Source: Eledone cirrhosa (Eukaryota). From it: DNA of 64,000 bases. Within the stretch, counting starts at the first letter, position 1; each line of letters starts with the position of its first letter. The position numbers and the translations under genes were made by a program. The notes beneath the pieces are model-generated. The model worked only from the letters and a program-made list of their open reading frames with translations, was not told the DNA's origin and did no database searches. The stretch covers positions 365,490,001 to 365,554,000 of the forward strand of contig OZ024742.1 in NCBI GenBank assembly GCA_964016885.1, read 5' to 3'. Positions 31,256-45,302 of the stretch are shown here, one piece after another.

Positions 31256-32360
31256 TAATTCCATATATGGTCAAAGTGATTGTCAGAAATCAGTAGTAAT
31301 TCTGTGGTTGCAAATTAGTAGGGGAGATGGTGGCTAAACCTGCCAGTAGGAGAAAGAAGGGAGGGGGTGGAGTAGACCCAATCAAGCGTTGGTAGTGCCA
31401 GCTACAGCTGGGCATGAGGTCAAAGAAGATACAGGGGGGGGGGGGAGGAAGTCGGAACGGTAGGTAGAACAATGGGGGGTAGAAATAGGAAAGAAAAAAT
31501 ACTGAGAGTGAAGAAAAGCAAATAAGTGTAAAGAAAAAAGTAAAGTAAATTAAATTCTACGACCTAGGTGTCAGGCTATTGTTAGGCTAGAATAAAATAA
31601 ATAAAGAAAGAAAGAAGTAAATAAATAAATAAATAAATAAATAACGAAATAAGTAAAAGAACTAGGTGGGACGAATTAGGCAAGGACCCTTTTAAGAGGT
31701 ATAAGTACGTAAATGATACGGTGACGGGTCAACAAAAGGGGCCAAAATACTAAAGAGACTACCACGAAATAAACAATAAAGGCTTCCATCCCGGGCCAGC
31801 AACGACCCAGTGCAGCAAAGTGAACTTGTACGAGATAATAATTCTGAGTCCCGAGAAAAATATATACTAATGCTAACTCTAAAAGATCTAAAACAAGCTA
31901 CATGAAGGTTCGTACGAAATAAAGGTAGAATACGGAGAAATAAATTCAGAATCCACCCCGCCCAGAAGAAAAGCGAAGCAAGAAATACTGAAACGAAAAA
32001 ATAAAGCATAAGTGCCACTAAGAAATATAGAGGGCACAGAGAATAGTGGGAGCGGTCGGAAAAAGGGGGCAAGTATCCGGGGTCTAAGCCAACTGCTATA
32101 AAGGGCGGAGTCCGCCAAATCTATCATAGACTAGGGGAGGGGGTGGTGGGGGTACTAAGGCTACATGGGGCCAAAGGGCAGCCTCGGGTGGGCGAGAAAA
32201 GACGCCGACAAAGGAGAAGAGCTGGGGTAGAAGGACAAAGGAGAGAGGGGGGAAGGAAATAAAGGAAGCGATAAAAGAATACAAAGAAGATCTTACGTCT
32301 TCCTTGGCAAGCAGGGGTTACCCATTGCAAAATCGGCAAGTGGGGTGTTATAGCCCTAGT

Positions 32361-34661
32361 CTACCCCCCCGGGTCATTATGGGGTTTGAGGGCGAGGTAA
32401 GTCCTACGCAATCTATGTTTACATGCAGTAACCAGTTCATCTTTCTTGTTTAGGAGTTGGTCCGTCGAAAACAGCATTTGTAAAGTTTCCTCCGAGCATA
32501 AATTGCACGGACGGCGTCCTCCCGTGTAAGAATTGGCTCTGGACAGTAATCTCCAAGTGAGATCATAGGTGATGTTGTTGTCCTTGAGGTCCCATATGTG
32601 GCCCGAAAGTGTAGTGGCGTGACGCCGGGCCGGGTTTCGGAAGGTATGTCTATGTTGGTATAGCCGGGTCTTGAAGTCACATGCAGTAAGTCCTATATAG
32701 GCTTTGTTGGAGATATCCGTCCTCACGTTGCACTGGTAGATCACATTACGGTCTCTGCATCTATTGTCGAGTGGGCAAATAGATCTATCCGGGCAGTTAC
32801 ACCTCCTGGTCGGTTCTCTACTGCTGTTTAGGTTATTTCTGCCATCGGGGTTGAGTTTTTTGTTGTTAGAGGAGACGATGTTTTGTGCGAAGTTTGGTGT
32901 AGTGCTGTAAGAGAGTTTGATGGTATTTTTGTTAATTATGTTGTGGTAGCGGTGTTGTAATGGGAAGTGTTTTTCAATGAGCCTAAAGAATAGTTTCCCG
33001 ATGGGAGTAGTCACCTCTGCGTTGTGGGGAGGATTGAACCATGTTACATTGCGTTAGCGGCGGTGTCTCCTGCTGGTTCCGCTAATGGGAGCTGGACAGT
33101 AGGATATTTCCTCCCGGAAACCACTCCGCTTGAGGGCCTGGTTGTAATAAGGCGCATGTTCATCGAATATCCGCTCATTAGCTGACAAACGGGATATGCG
33201 GAGGGAGATGTTTTTGACCAGGTTGTTTGTGATGTTCCTAGGATGGTTTGATCGGCGGTGGATGTAGTGCAGATTGTCATTAGGTTTCCTGTATGGGTAG
33301 TACAGGTCGTTTTCGAGGTCGAGGGTCACGTCCAGGAAGTTTACTCGGGTCAGGGACGTTTGTAGGGTTATTTTAAATCCCCAGTCGCGGAAGAATCTGA
33401 TTAATTGTTTCCGGACCCGATCTGTACTACTGGGGTTGTACCCTTTAAGGGTAAGGAGCCCATCATCACGGTACAATCCACCACCGAATGCAGGAAACAT
33501 ATCAGTGAGTTTGGCTATTAGGAATAATCCTATAAGATCAGTGACCTCCGCCGAATCCGTGGCGCCCATGCTGACGTCGAAGGGTGAGTCGGGAGCTCTT
33601 TTTATCCATTTAGAGTCGTCAAAGAGTAAGACTGTCTTCCTGGCGTGGAGGATGATTTTTCTTTCCTGGTCGGTGATGGGCACGAGTGTTTCGGCGAAGT
33701 CCAAGGCGGCAGTAAGTAGCGGTAAGGTGATTGAAGCATAGTAGCTCTCTATGTCGAACTGTATGAATTTAGTTTCTCGTTTATCCTCCATATTGCTGAA
33801 CCAGGAGATTACTTCCTGGGTGTTGATCCATAGGCTAAGTCGGGTGTGTTGCTTGACTTTTGGTATCACGCGGTCTAGGATTTTTTTGCTGATTCTCCCT
33901 ATGTCAGACTTCGTTGGGTTAATAAGCCTGATAGAGGGTTTACGGTCAAAATCGGATTTATGGTCCTTCAGTGTGAAGTATGGTGTCCGTGGGTCTAGAG
34001 GTTCCGTGCGGTCGGCGACCCCGAGGCTGGAGGTGATTTGTTGTCCATCTCGATTTATGTCCTCGATGCAAGAGTGGTTGGCCTTTTTATAGGTGGAGTT
34101 TAGGCTGCTCCTGATCAGTGTGTGGTATCTGTCAGGGTTGACAAAGTATAGGTTCCCAGTTTTATCCGAATGCACCATGATGTCATTTGTGTTATCATAC
34201 TCTGTTAAGTTGCTACGGAGTGTTTGTAGGAATCGGTTGTGTCTGGGTTTAAATTTAATGTTCTTGACCAGTTGGAAGAGGTCATTCTCGAAGGGTGCGA
34301 GCAAGGGGTTCAGGGGCGGAGATTTGTAGGTAATAAATCCGAATCTCTCCTTGGTGCCGAAGTCTTGGTTGTCGCAATATCTGTCATAGAAGAAAGTTCT
34401 CCATCTAAGTCTTTTCGCAAATAGATCGATTTTTTGCGTGAGCATCCGAAGGTAAAGTTTTTTCGGTGGGATTGGGATGTTCTTGGTAGAGAAGTCAATG
34501 TTGTATTTTCGCATGGTGCGGGTGAAATGAATTGAGCTTAGCGGAAAAGTCTGGATACGGCGTGGTAGGGTCGGAAAGTGCTCTACTACGGGAGTAGGAG
34601 CTAGATAACGAAGGAAATGTGGTAAGGAACCAGGTGGACCATAACGCACCAAAGTACTCAA
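32361..34661 (-). pseudogene. PLE RT + GIY-YIG polyprotein, single in-frame TAA at 33054-33056
   Basis: SDKTGN, TLKDHK, RLINP, QFDIESYY, MGATDSAE, YRDD, VNFLD, WFNPP; CNCPDRSICPLDNRC, VIY..AYIGLT, RLYQH, CNLC..E. Confidence 0.95.
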
Positions 34662-34700
34662 TACTTGAGGTAGTAGAGTGGGTAATAGGAACCAGTAAGA

Positions 34701-34792
34701 CCCCGACAGCTGAGCTCAAGCCGTTTCGACGGCTAATTCTGAACTAAATGAAAATTTATCCTGGTATTTAAATAGCCGATCTTCTCAAGGGG
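34701..34792 (-). ncRNA. Type I HHR, U3-A8 variant, in the 5' pLTR of element C
   Basis: Identical to 31164-31255. Confidence 0.85.
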
Positions 34793-35686
34793 TAATTCCA
34801 TATATGGTCAAAGTGATTGTCAGAAATCAGTAGTAATTCTGTGGTTGCAAATTAGTAGGGGAGATGGTGGCTAAACCTGCCAGTAGGAGAAAGAAGGGAG
34901 GGGGTGGAGTAGACCCAATCAAGCGTTGGTAGTGCCAGCTACAGCTGGGCATGAGGTCAAAGAAGATACAGGGGGGGGGGGGGGAGGAAGTCGGAACGGT
35001 AGGTAGAACAATGGGGGGTAGAAATAGGAAAGAAAAAATACTGAGAGTGAAGAAAAGCAAATAAGTGTAAAGAAAAAAGTAAAGTAAATTAAATTCTACG
35101 ACCTAGGTGTCAGGCTATTGTTAGGCTAGAATAAAATAAATAAAGAAAGAAAGAAGTAAATAAATAAATAAATAAATAACGAAATAAGTAAAAGAACTAG
35201 GTGGGACGAATTAGGCAAGGACCCTTTTAAGAGGTATAAGTACGTAAATGATACGGTGACGGGTCAACAAAAGGGGCCAAAATACTAAAGAGACTACCAC
35301 GAAATAAACAATAAAGGCTTCCATCCCGGGCCAGCAACGACCCAGTGCAGCAAAGTGAACTTGTACGAGATAATAATTCTGAGTCCCGAGAAAAATATAT
35401 ACTAATGCTAACTCTAAAAGATCTAAAACAAGCTACATGAAGGTTCGTACGAAATAAAGGTAGAATACGGAGAAATAAATTCAGAATCCACCCCGCCCAG
35501 AAGAAAAGCGAAGCAAGAAATACTGAAACGAAAAAATAAGGCAAAAGTGCCACTAAGAAATATAGAGGGCACAGAGAATAGTGGGAGCGGTCGGAAAAAG
35601 GGGGCAAGTATCCGGGGTCTAAGCCAACTGCTACAAAGGGCGGAGTCCGCCAAATCTATCATAGACTAGGGGAGGGGGTGGTGGGG

Positions 35687-35792
<106 letters not shown>

Positions 35793-35814
35793 ATATATAT
35801 ATATATATATATAT

Positions 35815-36433
35815 AAAGAAAAAGAGATGAAATCGAAAATGCAACTGAAGTCTTATTTTTTTAAAAAATATATATATTTATTTGGTTCCCTTACCGGTTT
35901 CGCAGTTCTTCTGCTTTTCAAAAGGTGAGTTGAGATGGAGGGTCTGTGGTTTTTCTCACATCTGGTTGGTCTCTGAATGTTACTTGTTTTATATGGAAAA
36001 AGTGGCTCGAAATTCCAGGTTTTTCGAGAAGTAATTTGATTGGTTTGTCAATAATTATAATAAATTTCGCGCCAGTTCGCGTTACAATAGTTCTTCAAAT
36101 AAGAGAGGGGGGGGGTTGTCACAGGTTGTTTTTTCATATATGAATGTTTGAATTTCTTTTTACTTGAAAAAAGGGGCTCACGAAGGCTTTTTTTTGGTTG
36201 GTTATAAATGAAATTTGGCTGTCACGTGAACAAGTTTTTATTACATTTTTGCGCCCTTATTTGGAAAACTATTCTGTAGTCTTTATAGTGAATGTTATGA
36301 CAATGGAGAGATAGTGGTCAAGAGAAAAGGGATTGGGAGAAATGTTCTGGTTCAGTGAATATGGCCGGCTCGCCGGGGTGTCAGAGTTCAGATTTTCTAT
36401 TGAGACTGAAGATATGTATGTTTATTTGTGTCC

Positions 36434-36481
<48 letters not shown>

Positions 36482-39400
36482 TGGAAGATGATTCTATTAG
36501 TAGAGATGGGGGAGGGAGTTGTGTGTGTGTGTATATGGGTGTTATGTGTGTGTGTGCGAGTATGTTAAGATGGAGAGAATATATATTTTGTGTGTGTGTA
36601 TATATATATGTGTGTAGGAAAGTTGTTCTATTAGTAGAAATGGGGAGGGAGTTGTAGGTGTGGGGGTTGTTATGTGTGTGTATGGGTGTTATGTGTGTGG
36701 GAGTATGGTTAGCATGTTAAGATGAAGAGAATATATATATATGTATATATATTGTGTGTGTGTGTATATGTGTGTGTAGGAAAGTGATTCCTTTAGTAGG
36801 AATATTTTTGAATGAACATATTTTCCTTACTTTTTCGTGTTTGCTGTTGTATTGCCAGTGCAAACGTATGTTAAGGTTTATTTAGTTCGGGTTTTTATTT
36901 TCTAAAGTAGAAGGTGTTATGTGTGTGTGTGTATGTCATATTGTGGTGTTGACATAATGTATATTAAACCTTATTTAATGTTGGTCTATATTTTTGAATA
37001 AACATATTTTCCTTATTTATTCGCATTTGTTCTGTTGTATTGTTAGCGCAAAGGTAAAATGGGAAGACTTGGAATTTGGGTGTCTTTTTACTTGCGCAAA
37101 TGTCTAGATGTGCACTTAGTGGTATCTGTCTCGTGGTTGGATCTCGTAATTGTTGGCGATGAACTGTCATTCTGTTTCTGAGTGTGAGTTTAGTTTGTCC
37201 TATATAATCTTCATTGCATCCTTTACATTTAATGGCATAAATTAGATTTTTTGATGAGCAAGTGAAGTGATTTTTTACAGTAAAATTTTGTCCTGATTTA
37301 AATGTATACGTGTTGCCTTCAATGAGGTGAGTGCAGGTTCCACAATTAGAGCGACCACATTTTTTGATACTTGGTTGTGGGTTTGTGGTAGGTAATTTGG
37401 CATTGGTGAGTAATGTTTTCAGTGATTTTGGTTGTCTTTTGCTTTTGATTATTTTGTGTGTTTCAAGGGCTTTTTTCATTCTTGGGTTTTGTTTTAGTAG
37501 TGGGATGTTATTGTGAATAGTGTTGTAAGCTTCCGCATTTCTTGGGTTGTGTGTTGAGATATATGATAGAATATTGGACGTACCCTGAATTTGTTTCTGT
37601 TTCCTTAATTCATCAATGCCTATTGCTTTAGCCCTTTCTATTCCATTATTTATTAGTAATAGTGGGTACTCTCTCTCAAGTAGAATTTCCTTTAATTCTT
37701 GAAGTCTTTTATTTCGCGTTTCATAATTGGAGACAATTGTGCAAATTCTTCTTGCTAGGTTAAAAGGAATGTTCGTCTTCGTGTGCTTTGGATGGTTGGA
37801 GGTGAATAGCAGATATTGTTTGGAATCTGTTGGTTTGTAGTGTATGTCAGTTTCGATATTTGTGTCTTTTTTTGTGATTAAGATGTCCAGAAATGGGAGT
37901 TGATCTTGGCTGTATCCCATTGTGAATTGGATGTGGTTATTGATGCCGTTTATTAAGTTTTTGAAATCCTTCAGTTGGTCGAGTGTGTGGGACCAAAAAA
38001 TGAGGCAATCGTCCAGGTAGCGTTTCCAATTCTCTGATAAATATTTGTGGAAGTTCAATCCGTATTTTGATTTGGACTGTTCATATATCTGGACTTCTAA
38101 GTATGCCATGATTAAGTTGGCATAAGTTGGAGCGGCTTTTGTGCCCATCGCAGTCCCCGATATTTGCTTGTAAGTATTGCCATCGAAATCAAAAAAGTTG
38201 TTCTGTAGGATGAATTTTAATCCCTCGGTAATGAAGCTTTTTTCTATTCTGTCAGGTATCTCATTGGGATATTTCTCTAGCCAGAATCGTATTGCTTCTA
38301 GTCCGTATTGGTGTGGGATCGTTGTGTAGAGATTCACTACATCGAAAGACACAATAATAGTGTCGTTGTTGACATGTTTGGGGAGGTGGTTTAAGAGGTC
38401 CAGATCGTCTCTTACAAGGCTTGGTATGTGTTTCAGTATTGGTTTCAGTAGTATGTCTATAAAGTTGCTCAATCTGTGTGTTTCACATTGTGGGCCCGCT
38501 ACAATTGGTCTTAATTTAAGGTCTGTGGGGTATTGTGTGTTCACGCAGGCTGAGGTGGATTGTTTACAGGCATCGTTGATTATTTTACATTTGTGGATCT
38601 TCGGAAGTCCGTAAAGGTTGCTGGTTTTGTATTCAAAATTTGTTAAATAATCGCGTTCCTTTTTAGTTAGGTCTTCCTGGTATCGATAAATCAGTGTGTT
38701 TAATTTGGTCATTATTTTTGATTGCTGGTAGTTTTTTACTCTTTCATAGTAATTAGTATTTTGTAAGAGAGAGAAGCATAGAATTTTTATATTTTTTAGC
38801 CTCCACAATGACAACAGTACTTCCCTTGTCCGCTTCCTTAATTACAATGTCCGTATTGTTTTTTAGTTCATGGATAATCTCCCATTCCCTTCGACTTGTG
38901 TTGGGTTTGGGTTTAGGTTGCGGTAGTTCATGGTATGGGAAGGTAGCTATGTGGTCACAAAATTTGTCCAGAACTCTGTGTCTACCTTTTGTTGGGTTGT
39001 AGCTGCTTTTATTCCGTACAATTGATTCGTCGTTATTCTCCTTGTCAAAGAATTCCTCTGTGAGACGTAATTTTCTACAGAAGTGTGAGATATCGTCATT
39101 TATCTCGTTGGGGTTAGGGTATTGTGGTGTTGGTGTGAATTTCAGACCTTTGGAGAGAATTTTTACTTGTTGGGCTGAGAGGTTTGTATTTGAAATGTTA
39201 ATTATTTTCGGTTTTTCAAAATCGGTTTGTGCCACCGGGTGTCGTGAGTCCTGTAGCCTTGGTCTAAAAAATGATTTTTCTGGAATGTTTTTTCATTGGT
39301 ATTATTATATCTAATGGTATTTCACCTGTTGTTGTGTGGTCTTGTATAGAAGTTTCAGACGTATTGAGGTTCGGTTTGTTGATTGTCCGGGTTGTAGATT

Positions 39401-39984
39401 TGGTTCCTTTGTGTGGGTTGGGATCTACGGTTTTGGAACAGGCTCTGTGTGGCAGGGGTCTACTGTTTTGGAATAGGTTTTGTGTGGGTTGTGATCTGCG
39501 GATCAGGTCCTGACTTGTGTTCGGGGATCTTTGGTTTTTGTTAGTAGGGTTATAGTTTTGTCTATGGTTTCTGGGATTATCGTTATAGTTTGGCTGGGGG
39601 TATGTTGGACGTTTTGTTACTTTTTTTGTTATTTGTTGTGCATGTGGTGTGTGAGTTTTAGTTTGTTTTAAAAATGGGTTACCTGTATGTTGTTCATTTT
39701 TGAAGTCCATTTCGTAGTTGTTGAACCAGGTGGCGTTTTTTTCCCATCGCTGGAGGGATGTTAGTTCTTCATCCTCACAGTTTTCTTTCCAAAGTTTTAG
39801 GGGTTTTTTGTAGAGTAGGCCTTCAGAGTGCTTTGAGATTTCTGTGTCCATCTGTTGGTCGAGTGACTTGAATTTTTCTTCGTTGGAGTTGGCTCTTAAT
39901 CGCAACAGTTCTATTTCTGTTTTAAATTTTTCCAATGCCATCTTTTCCCTAAGTCTTTGTTGGTTTTCTGGTTCATTCGGGATA
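35815..39984 (-). mobile_element. Penelope-like element B (Neptune-like), 5'-truncated within ORF1
   Basis: ORF1 remnant 39984-39264; RT-GIY-YIG at 39235-38753 and 38814-36964; ~1.1-kb 3' region with an HHR at 35888-35925. Confidence 0.93.
36964..39235 (-). pseudogene. PLE RT + Zn linker + GIY-YIG (frameshift near 38800)
   Basis: IKEADKG, YGLPKIHK, LRPIVAG, SFDVVNLYT, GTAMG, RYLDD, KCGRSNCGTC, NLIY..YIGQT. Confidence 0.95.
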
Positions 39985-42085
39985 ATAATCAACGATGCCT
40001 GTAAACAATCCACCTCAGCCTGCGTGAACTCACAATACCCCACATACCTTAAATTAAGACCAATTGTAGCGGGCCTACAATGTGAAACACACAGATTGAG
40101 CAACTTTATAGACATACTACTGAAACCAATACTGAAACACATACCAAGCCTTGTAAGAGACGATCTGGACCTCTTAAACCACCTCCCCAAACATGTCAAC
40201 AACGACACTATTATTGTGTCTTTCGATGTAGTGAATCTCTACACAACGATCCCACACCAATACGGACTAGAAGCAATACGATTCTGGCTAGAGAAATATC
40301 CCAATGAGATACCTGACAGAATAGAAAAAAGCTTCATCACCGAGGGATTAAAATTCATCCTACAGAACAACTTTTTTGATTTCGATGGCAATACTTACAA
40401 GCAAATATCGGGGACTGCGATGGGCACAAAAGCCGCTCCAACTTATGCCAACTTAATCATGGCATACTTAGAAGTCCAGATATATGAACAGTCCAAATCA
40501 AAATACGGATTGAACTTCCACAAATATTTATCAGAGAATTGGAAACGCTACCTGGACGATTGCCTCATTTTTTGGTCCCACACACTCGACCAACTGAAGG
40601 ATTTCAAAAACTTAATAAACGGCATCAATAACCACATCCAATTCACAATGGGATACAGCCAAGATCAACTCCCATTTCTGGACATCTTAATCACAAAAAA
40701 AGACACAAATATCGAAACTGACATACACTACAAACCAACAGATTCCAAACAATATCTGCTATTCACCTCCAACCATCCAAAGCACACGAAGACGAACATT
40801 CCTTTTAACCTAGCAAGAAGAATTTGCACAATTGTCTCCAATTATGAAACGCGAAATAAAAGACTTCAAGAATTAAAGGAAATTCTACTTGAGAGAGAGT
40901 ACCCACTATTACTAATAAATAATGGAATAGAAAGGGCTAAAGCAATAGGCATTGATGAATTACGGAAACAGAAACAAATTCAAGGTACGTCCAATATTCT
41001 ATCATATATCTCAATACACAACCCAAGAAATGCGGAAGCTTACAACACTATTCACAATAACATCCCACTACTAAAACAAAACCCAAGAATGAAAAAAGCC
41101 CTTGAAACACACAAAATAATCAAAATCAAAAGACAACCAAAATCACTGAAAACATTACTCACCAATGCCAAATTACCTACCACAAACCCACAACCAAGTA
41201 TCAAAAAATGTGGTCGCTCTAATTGTGGAACCTGCACTCACCTCATTGAAGGCAACACGTATACATTTAAATCAGGACAAAATTTTACTGTAAAAAAATC
41301 ACTTCACTTGCTCATCAAAAAATCTGATTTATGCCATTAAATGTAAAGGATGCAATGACGATTATATAGGACAAACTAAACTCACACTCAGAAACAGAAT
41401 GACAGTTCATCGCCAACAATTACGAGATCCAACCACGAGACAGATACCACTAAGTGCACATCTAGACATTTGCGCAAGTAAAAAGACACCCAAATTCCAA
41501 GTCTTCCCATTTTACCTTTGCGCTAACAATACAACAGAACAAATGCGAATAAATAAGGAAAATATGTTTATTCAAAAATATAGACCAACATTAAATAAGG
41601 TTTAATATACATTATGTCAACACCACAATATGACATACACACACACACATAACACCTTCTACTTTAGAAAATAAAAACCCGAACTAAATAAACCTTAACA
41701 TACGTTTGCACTGGCAATACAACAGCAAACACGAAAAAGTAAGGAAAATATGTTCATTCAAAAATATTCCTACTAAAGGAATCACTTTCCTACACACACA
41801 CATACACACACACACAATATATATATATATATATATTCTCTTCATCTTAACATGCTAACCATACTCCCACACACATAACACCCATACACACACATAACAA
41901 CCCCCACACCTACAAATCCCTCCCCATTTCTACTAATAGAACCACTTTCCTACACACATATATATATACACACACACAAAATATATATTCTCTCCATCTT
42001 AACATACTCGCACACACACACATAACACCCATATACACACACACACAACTCCCTCCCCCATCTCTACTAATAGAATCATCTTCCA

Positions 42086-42181
<96 letters not shown>

Positions 42182-42868
42182 ACACACAAGGACACAAATA
42201 AACATACATATCTTCAGTCTCAATAGAAAATCTGAACTCTGACACCCCGGCGAGCTGGCCATATTCACTGAACCAGAACATTTCTCCCAATCCCTTTTCT
42301 CTTGACCACTATCTCTCCATTGTCATAACATTCACTATAAAGACTACAGAATAGTTTTCCAAATAAGGGCGCAAAAATGTAATAAAAACTTGTTCACGTG
42401 ACAGCCAAATTTCATTTATAACCAACCAAAAAAAAGCCTTCGTGAGCCTCCTTTTTTCAAGTAAAACGAAATTCAAACACTCATATATGAAAAAAACAAC
42501 CTGTGACAACCCCCCCTCTCTTATTTGAAGAACTATTGTAACGCGAACTGGCGCGAAATTTATTATAATTATTGACAAACCAATCAAATTACTTCTCGAA
42601 AAACCTGGAATTTCGAGCCACTTTTTCCATATAAAACAAGTAACATTCAGAGACCAACCAGATGTGAGAAAAACCACAGACCCTCCATCTCAACTCACCT
42701 TTTGAAAAGCAGAAGAACTGCGAAACCGGTAAAGGAACCAAATAAATATATATATTTTTAAAAAAAATAAGACTTCAGTTGCATTTTCGATTTCATCTCT
42801 TTTTCTTTATACTTTCACTCGTGTAGGACACCTCGGTTATTTTTCATTTTGTAAAAAAAAACTCACTT

Positions 42869-42872
<4 letters not shown>
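39985..42872 (+). mobile_element. Inverted, more truncated second copy of element B
   Basis: 39985-42810 is the reverse complement of 35815-38583. RT-GIY-YIG at 39985-41605 with a +1 A insertion at ~41292. Confidence 0.93.
42698..42735 (+). ncRNA. Minimal type I HHR, U3-A8 variant (mirror 35888-35925; relics ~25335-25372, ~63521-63557)
   Basis: cctt-TTGAAAA-GCAGaagaaCTGC-GAAA-CCGG-TA-aagg; palindromic stem III ACCGGT. Confidence 0.82.
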
Positions 42873-42899
<27 letters not shown>

Positions 42900-43009
42900 G
42901 TAATAATAATAAATTTGAAGACTAAAATCCTAAGAGGGCTCGATAAGGATAAATATATGTCAAATATATAAGAACAGTAGACCAAATATTTATTAAAATA
43001 ACAGATTAA

Positions 43010-43060
43010 AGTTTAAGCAAAGAATCGCTGCTTTCACCCTTAACGGGATCTTCTGAAACT
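43010..43060 (-). ncRNA. HHR motif with U4A core (copies 59770-59820 -, 61171-61221 +)
   Basis: Minus strand reads agttt-CAGAAGA-TCCCgttaaGGGT-GAAA-GCA gcgattctt TGC-TT-aaact. Confidence 0.7.
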
Positions 43061-43581
43061 AACAAAGTCAATTTGTGAACGCAGAAGTGAATATTTTAAA
43101 AAACGTTGCAACCGGAGGAAGACCGGAAGACGATACTTTGGTTCGTGGAAACGTTCCCTGGCAGAGAACGGTGAATAAACGAATATAATACGTCATTATT
43201 TGGAGCGGTGAAAAACAATTAAAAGCTCTAGATATCCAATGTATTCGGATGTCTTAAAATGCGGATGAAACCATGGTAGAGGTAATTAAATATGTACACT
43301 TTTCTTCTAGTTTATTTTACACCTAATTCTGTTTAGTTGACTGTATATCTGGTCGATTCATACATGCTGTCGAAATATTCGATAAATGATCCGTCATAAC
43401 CGCCGCGAAGGGGCTGCTTTCGGTTAATTGTCGGAGATTTCTTCATAGGAGCCTTTATTCTTATAGCTTGGTCTAATTGATTTTTTTATATGGTTAATTA
43501 TGCTAATTGGTAGAGGAAACGGTATATATTTTATCTGGTGATTCTATAGACATGTTTTATGATATATAGCTCTGATATATA

Positions 43582-43770
43582 GCGGTGAATTGGCAGTATC
43601 GGTAGAGGGTTGGACGCCATGCTTTCTAGCATAGTTACGTCCCTTTACCATCTGAGTTCAAATCCCGCCGAGGTTAACTTTGCCTTTCATCCTTACGGGG
43701 TCGATAAAATAAAGTACCAGTAATGTACTGGGTAATTGCAGGCGTTGTGCCTAAAGTAGAAACAATTATT
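43582..43770 (+). mobile_element. tRNA-derived SINE resembling cephalopod SINEs (reverse fragment ~62965-63020)
   Basis: A-box-like tggcagtatcggt, B-box gagttcaaatccc, and the conserved body actttgcctttcatcc..ggggtcgataaaataaagtaccagt. Confidence 0.75.
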
Positions 43771-43855
43771 TAATTTATTAATTCTTCATTGAGCCACAAA
43801 GTGACCCGTTGCAAAACACATATATATTTATGACTTTATATATATATATATATAT

Positions 43856-44736
43856 GGCATTGTTAAATGCGCCGGGTCCGTCAACTTATTATTATTATTA
43901 TCTCCACTAGCAGACTAATGAGAGTAAGTTAAACAACTTTTCACTTTTTTTTATATGCGCTCTAATTCCTGCTATAAAATTTGTTCTCCCTCACTCGAAT
44001 ATTGAATCGTTTAAGTTGTGAGATAGAATGGTTTACGCACGTGACTGACGCTACCAGCACGCCACTCTATATAGTTGTATAGTGGATGGAGGCATTTATT
44101 GTCCGTTAAAGGTTCTGGGCCCTACCACTGTTGCTATCGCCATCCTATCGCCATGGGACGTGGAGACTGGAGCTGAATGCTACTATTCTACTGAGCAAAG
44201 ATGTGGAATTGCTTTTTCTAATAACCAACCTTTCACTATCTTATCAATGTGTGTTTGAAACACGTTGGCTGAGGCCTTTTGGCGGGAGTGAAAATATTCA
44301 TTTTCTAATCTCCTGTCACCACGTAAATTTGTAATTCGGTGTCTGATCGGGGAACGGAGTTGTATTAGATTCCAGTTGCTAAACACTTTACTGTGTCGGC
44401 CGTCACATATAGTCATAGCCAGCATGGACTGGGGTTGAACTCTGTCGATTGATAAGTTATTGATTAGGCGATACCCGCTGATGAACCCACATGCTTCGAT
44501 TATGCATTGTTGCATAATATATGCAGCAATAGGGTGCAGTGCACCCTATTGCTGCATTAAGTGTGGCCGAAACTCGAGTCCGGGAACTAATATACACACC
44601 CGTTTACGTGTGGTGTGTTGAAGCGAATAACTATGTGTATACTCACTCTGGAATGTATTCTACATTATCTATTGAGTAATATGAAAGGCAATCGGTCCTG
44701 GCATTGTTAAATACGCCGGGTCCGTCAACTTATTAT

Positions 44737-44741
<5 letters not shown>
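43856..44741 (+). mobile_element. Non-coding HHR-bearing element with ~42-bp terminal direct repeat
   Basis: ggcattgttaaat(g/a)cgccgggtccgtcaacttattattattat at 43856-43900 and 44701-44741; (TA)n flanks; HHR inside. Confidence 0.65.
44474..44584 (+). ncRNA. Type I HHR with large branched stem II
   Basis: cccg-CTGATGA-acCCACA[two hairpins]TGTGGcc-GAAA-CTCGAG-TC-cggg. Confidence 0.8.
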
Positions 44742-44778
<37 letters not shown>

Positions 44779-44909
44779 GTAGGTCCCGGGTTGAGTCGGG
44801 GATAACTACAGTAAGTAAGGTACTCAATACATGGCAGAGTAAAATCTTTCTATTTTATAGAAGGAACTTCTACAGGACTAGTACTGTTTCATTCAGAAGC
44901 TCCTTCTAT

Positions 44910-44990
<81 letters not shown>

Positions 44991-45166
44991 GAGAAAGAGA
45001 GAGAGAGAGAGAGACACAGAGTAGACTCGAAGTGAGTGTTACAACTTTATTTGCATATTAATTACAATTGTCTCGATATCGATGAGCTCAGGGTAAATCA
45101 AAATACACGGGGCCGACTCTTCGAAACCTTCTCAGATATACGAGTTTATATGTGCAAAGATACATC

Positions 45167-45229
<63 letters not shown>

Positions 45230-45238
45230 TGTGTGTGT

Positions 45239-45302
<64 letters not shown>

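Noticed and set aside
39264-41340. 314-aa (-) and 498-aa (+) ORFs as novel fusion proteins
   Set aside because: Their N-termini are antisense read-through across the inversion junction at 39984/39985.
43582-43675. tRNA gene
   Set aside because: No cloverleaf; the A/B boxes belong to a SINE head.
45075-45140. CGATGA...GAAA HHR-like spacing
   Set aside because: Core incomplete and stems inconsistent.
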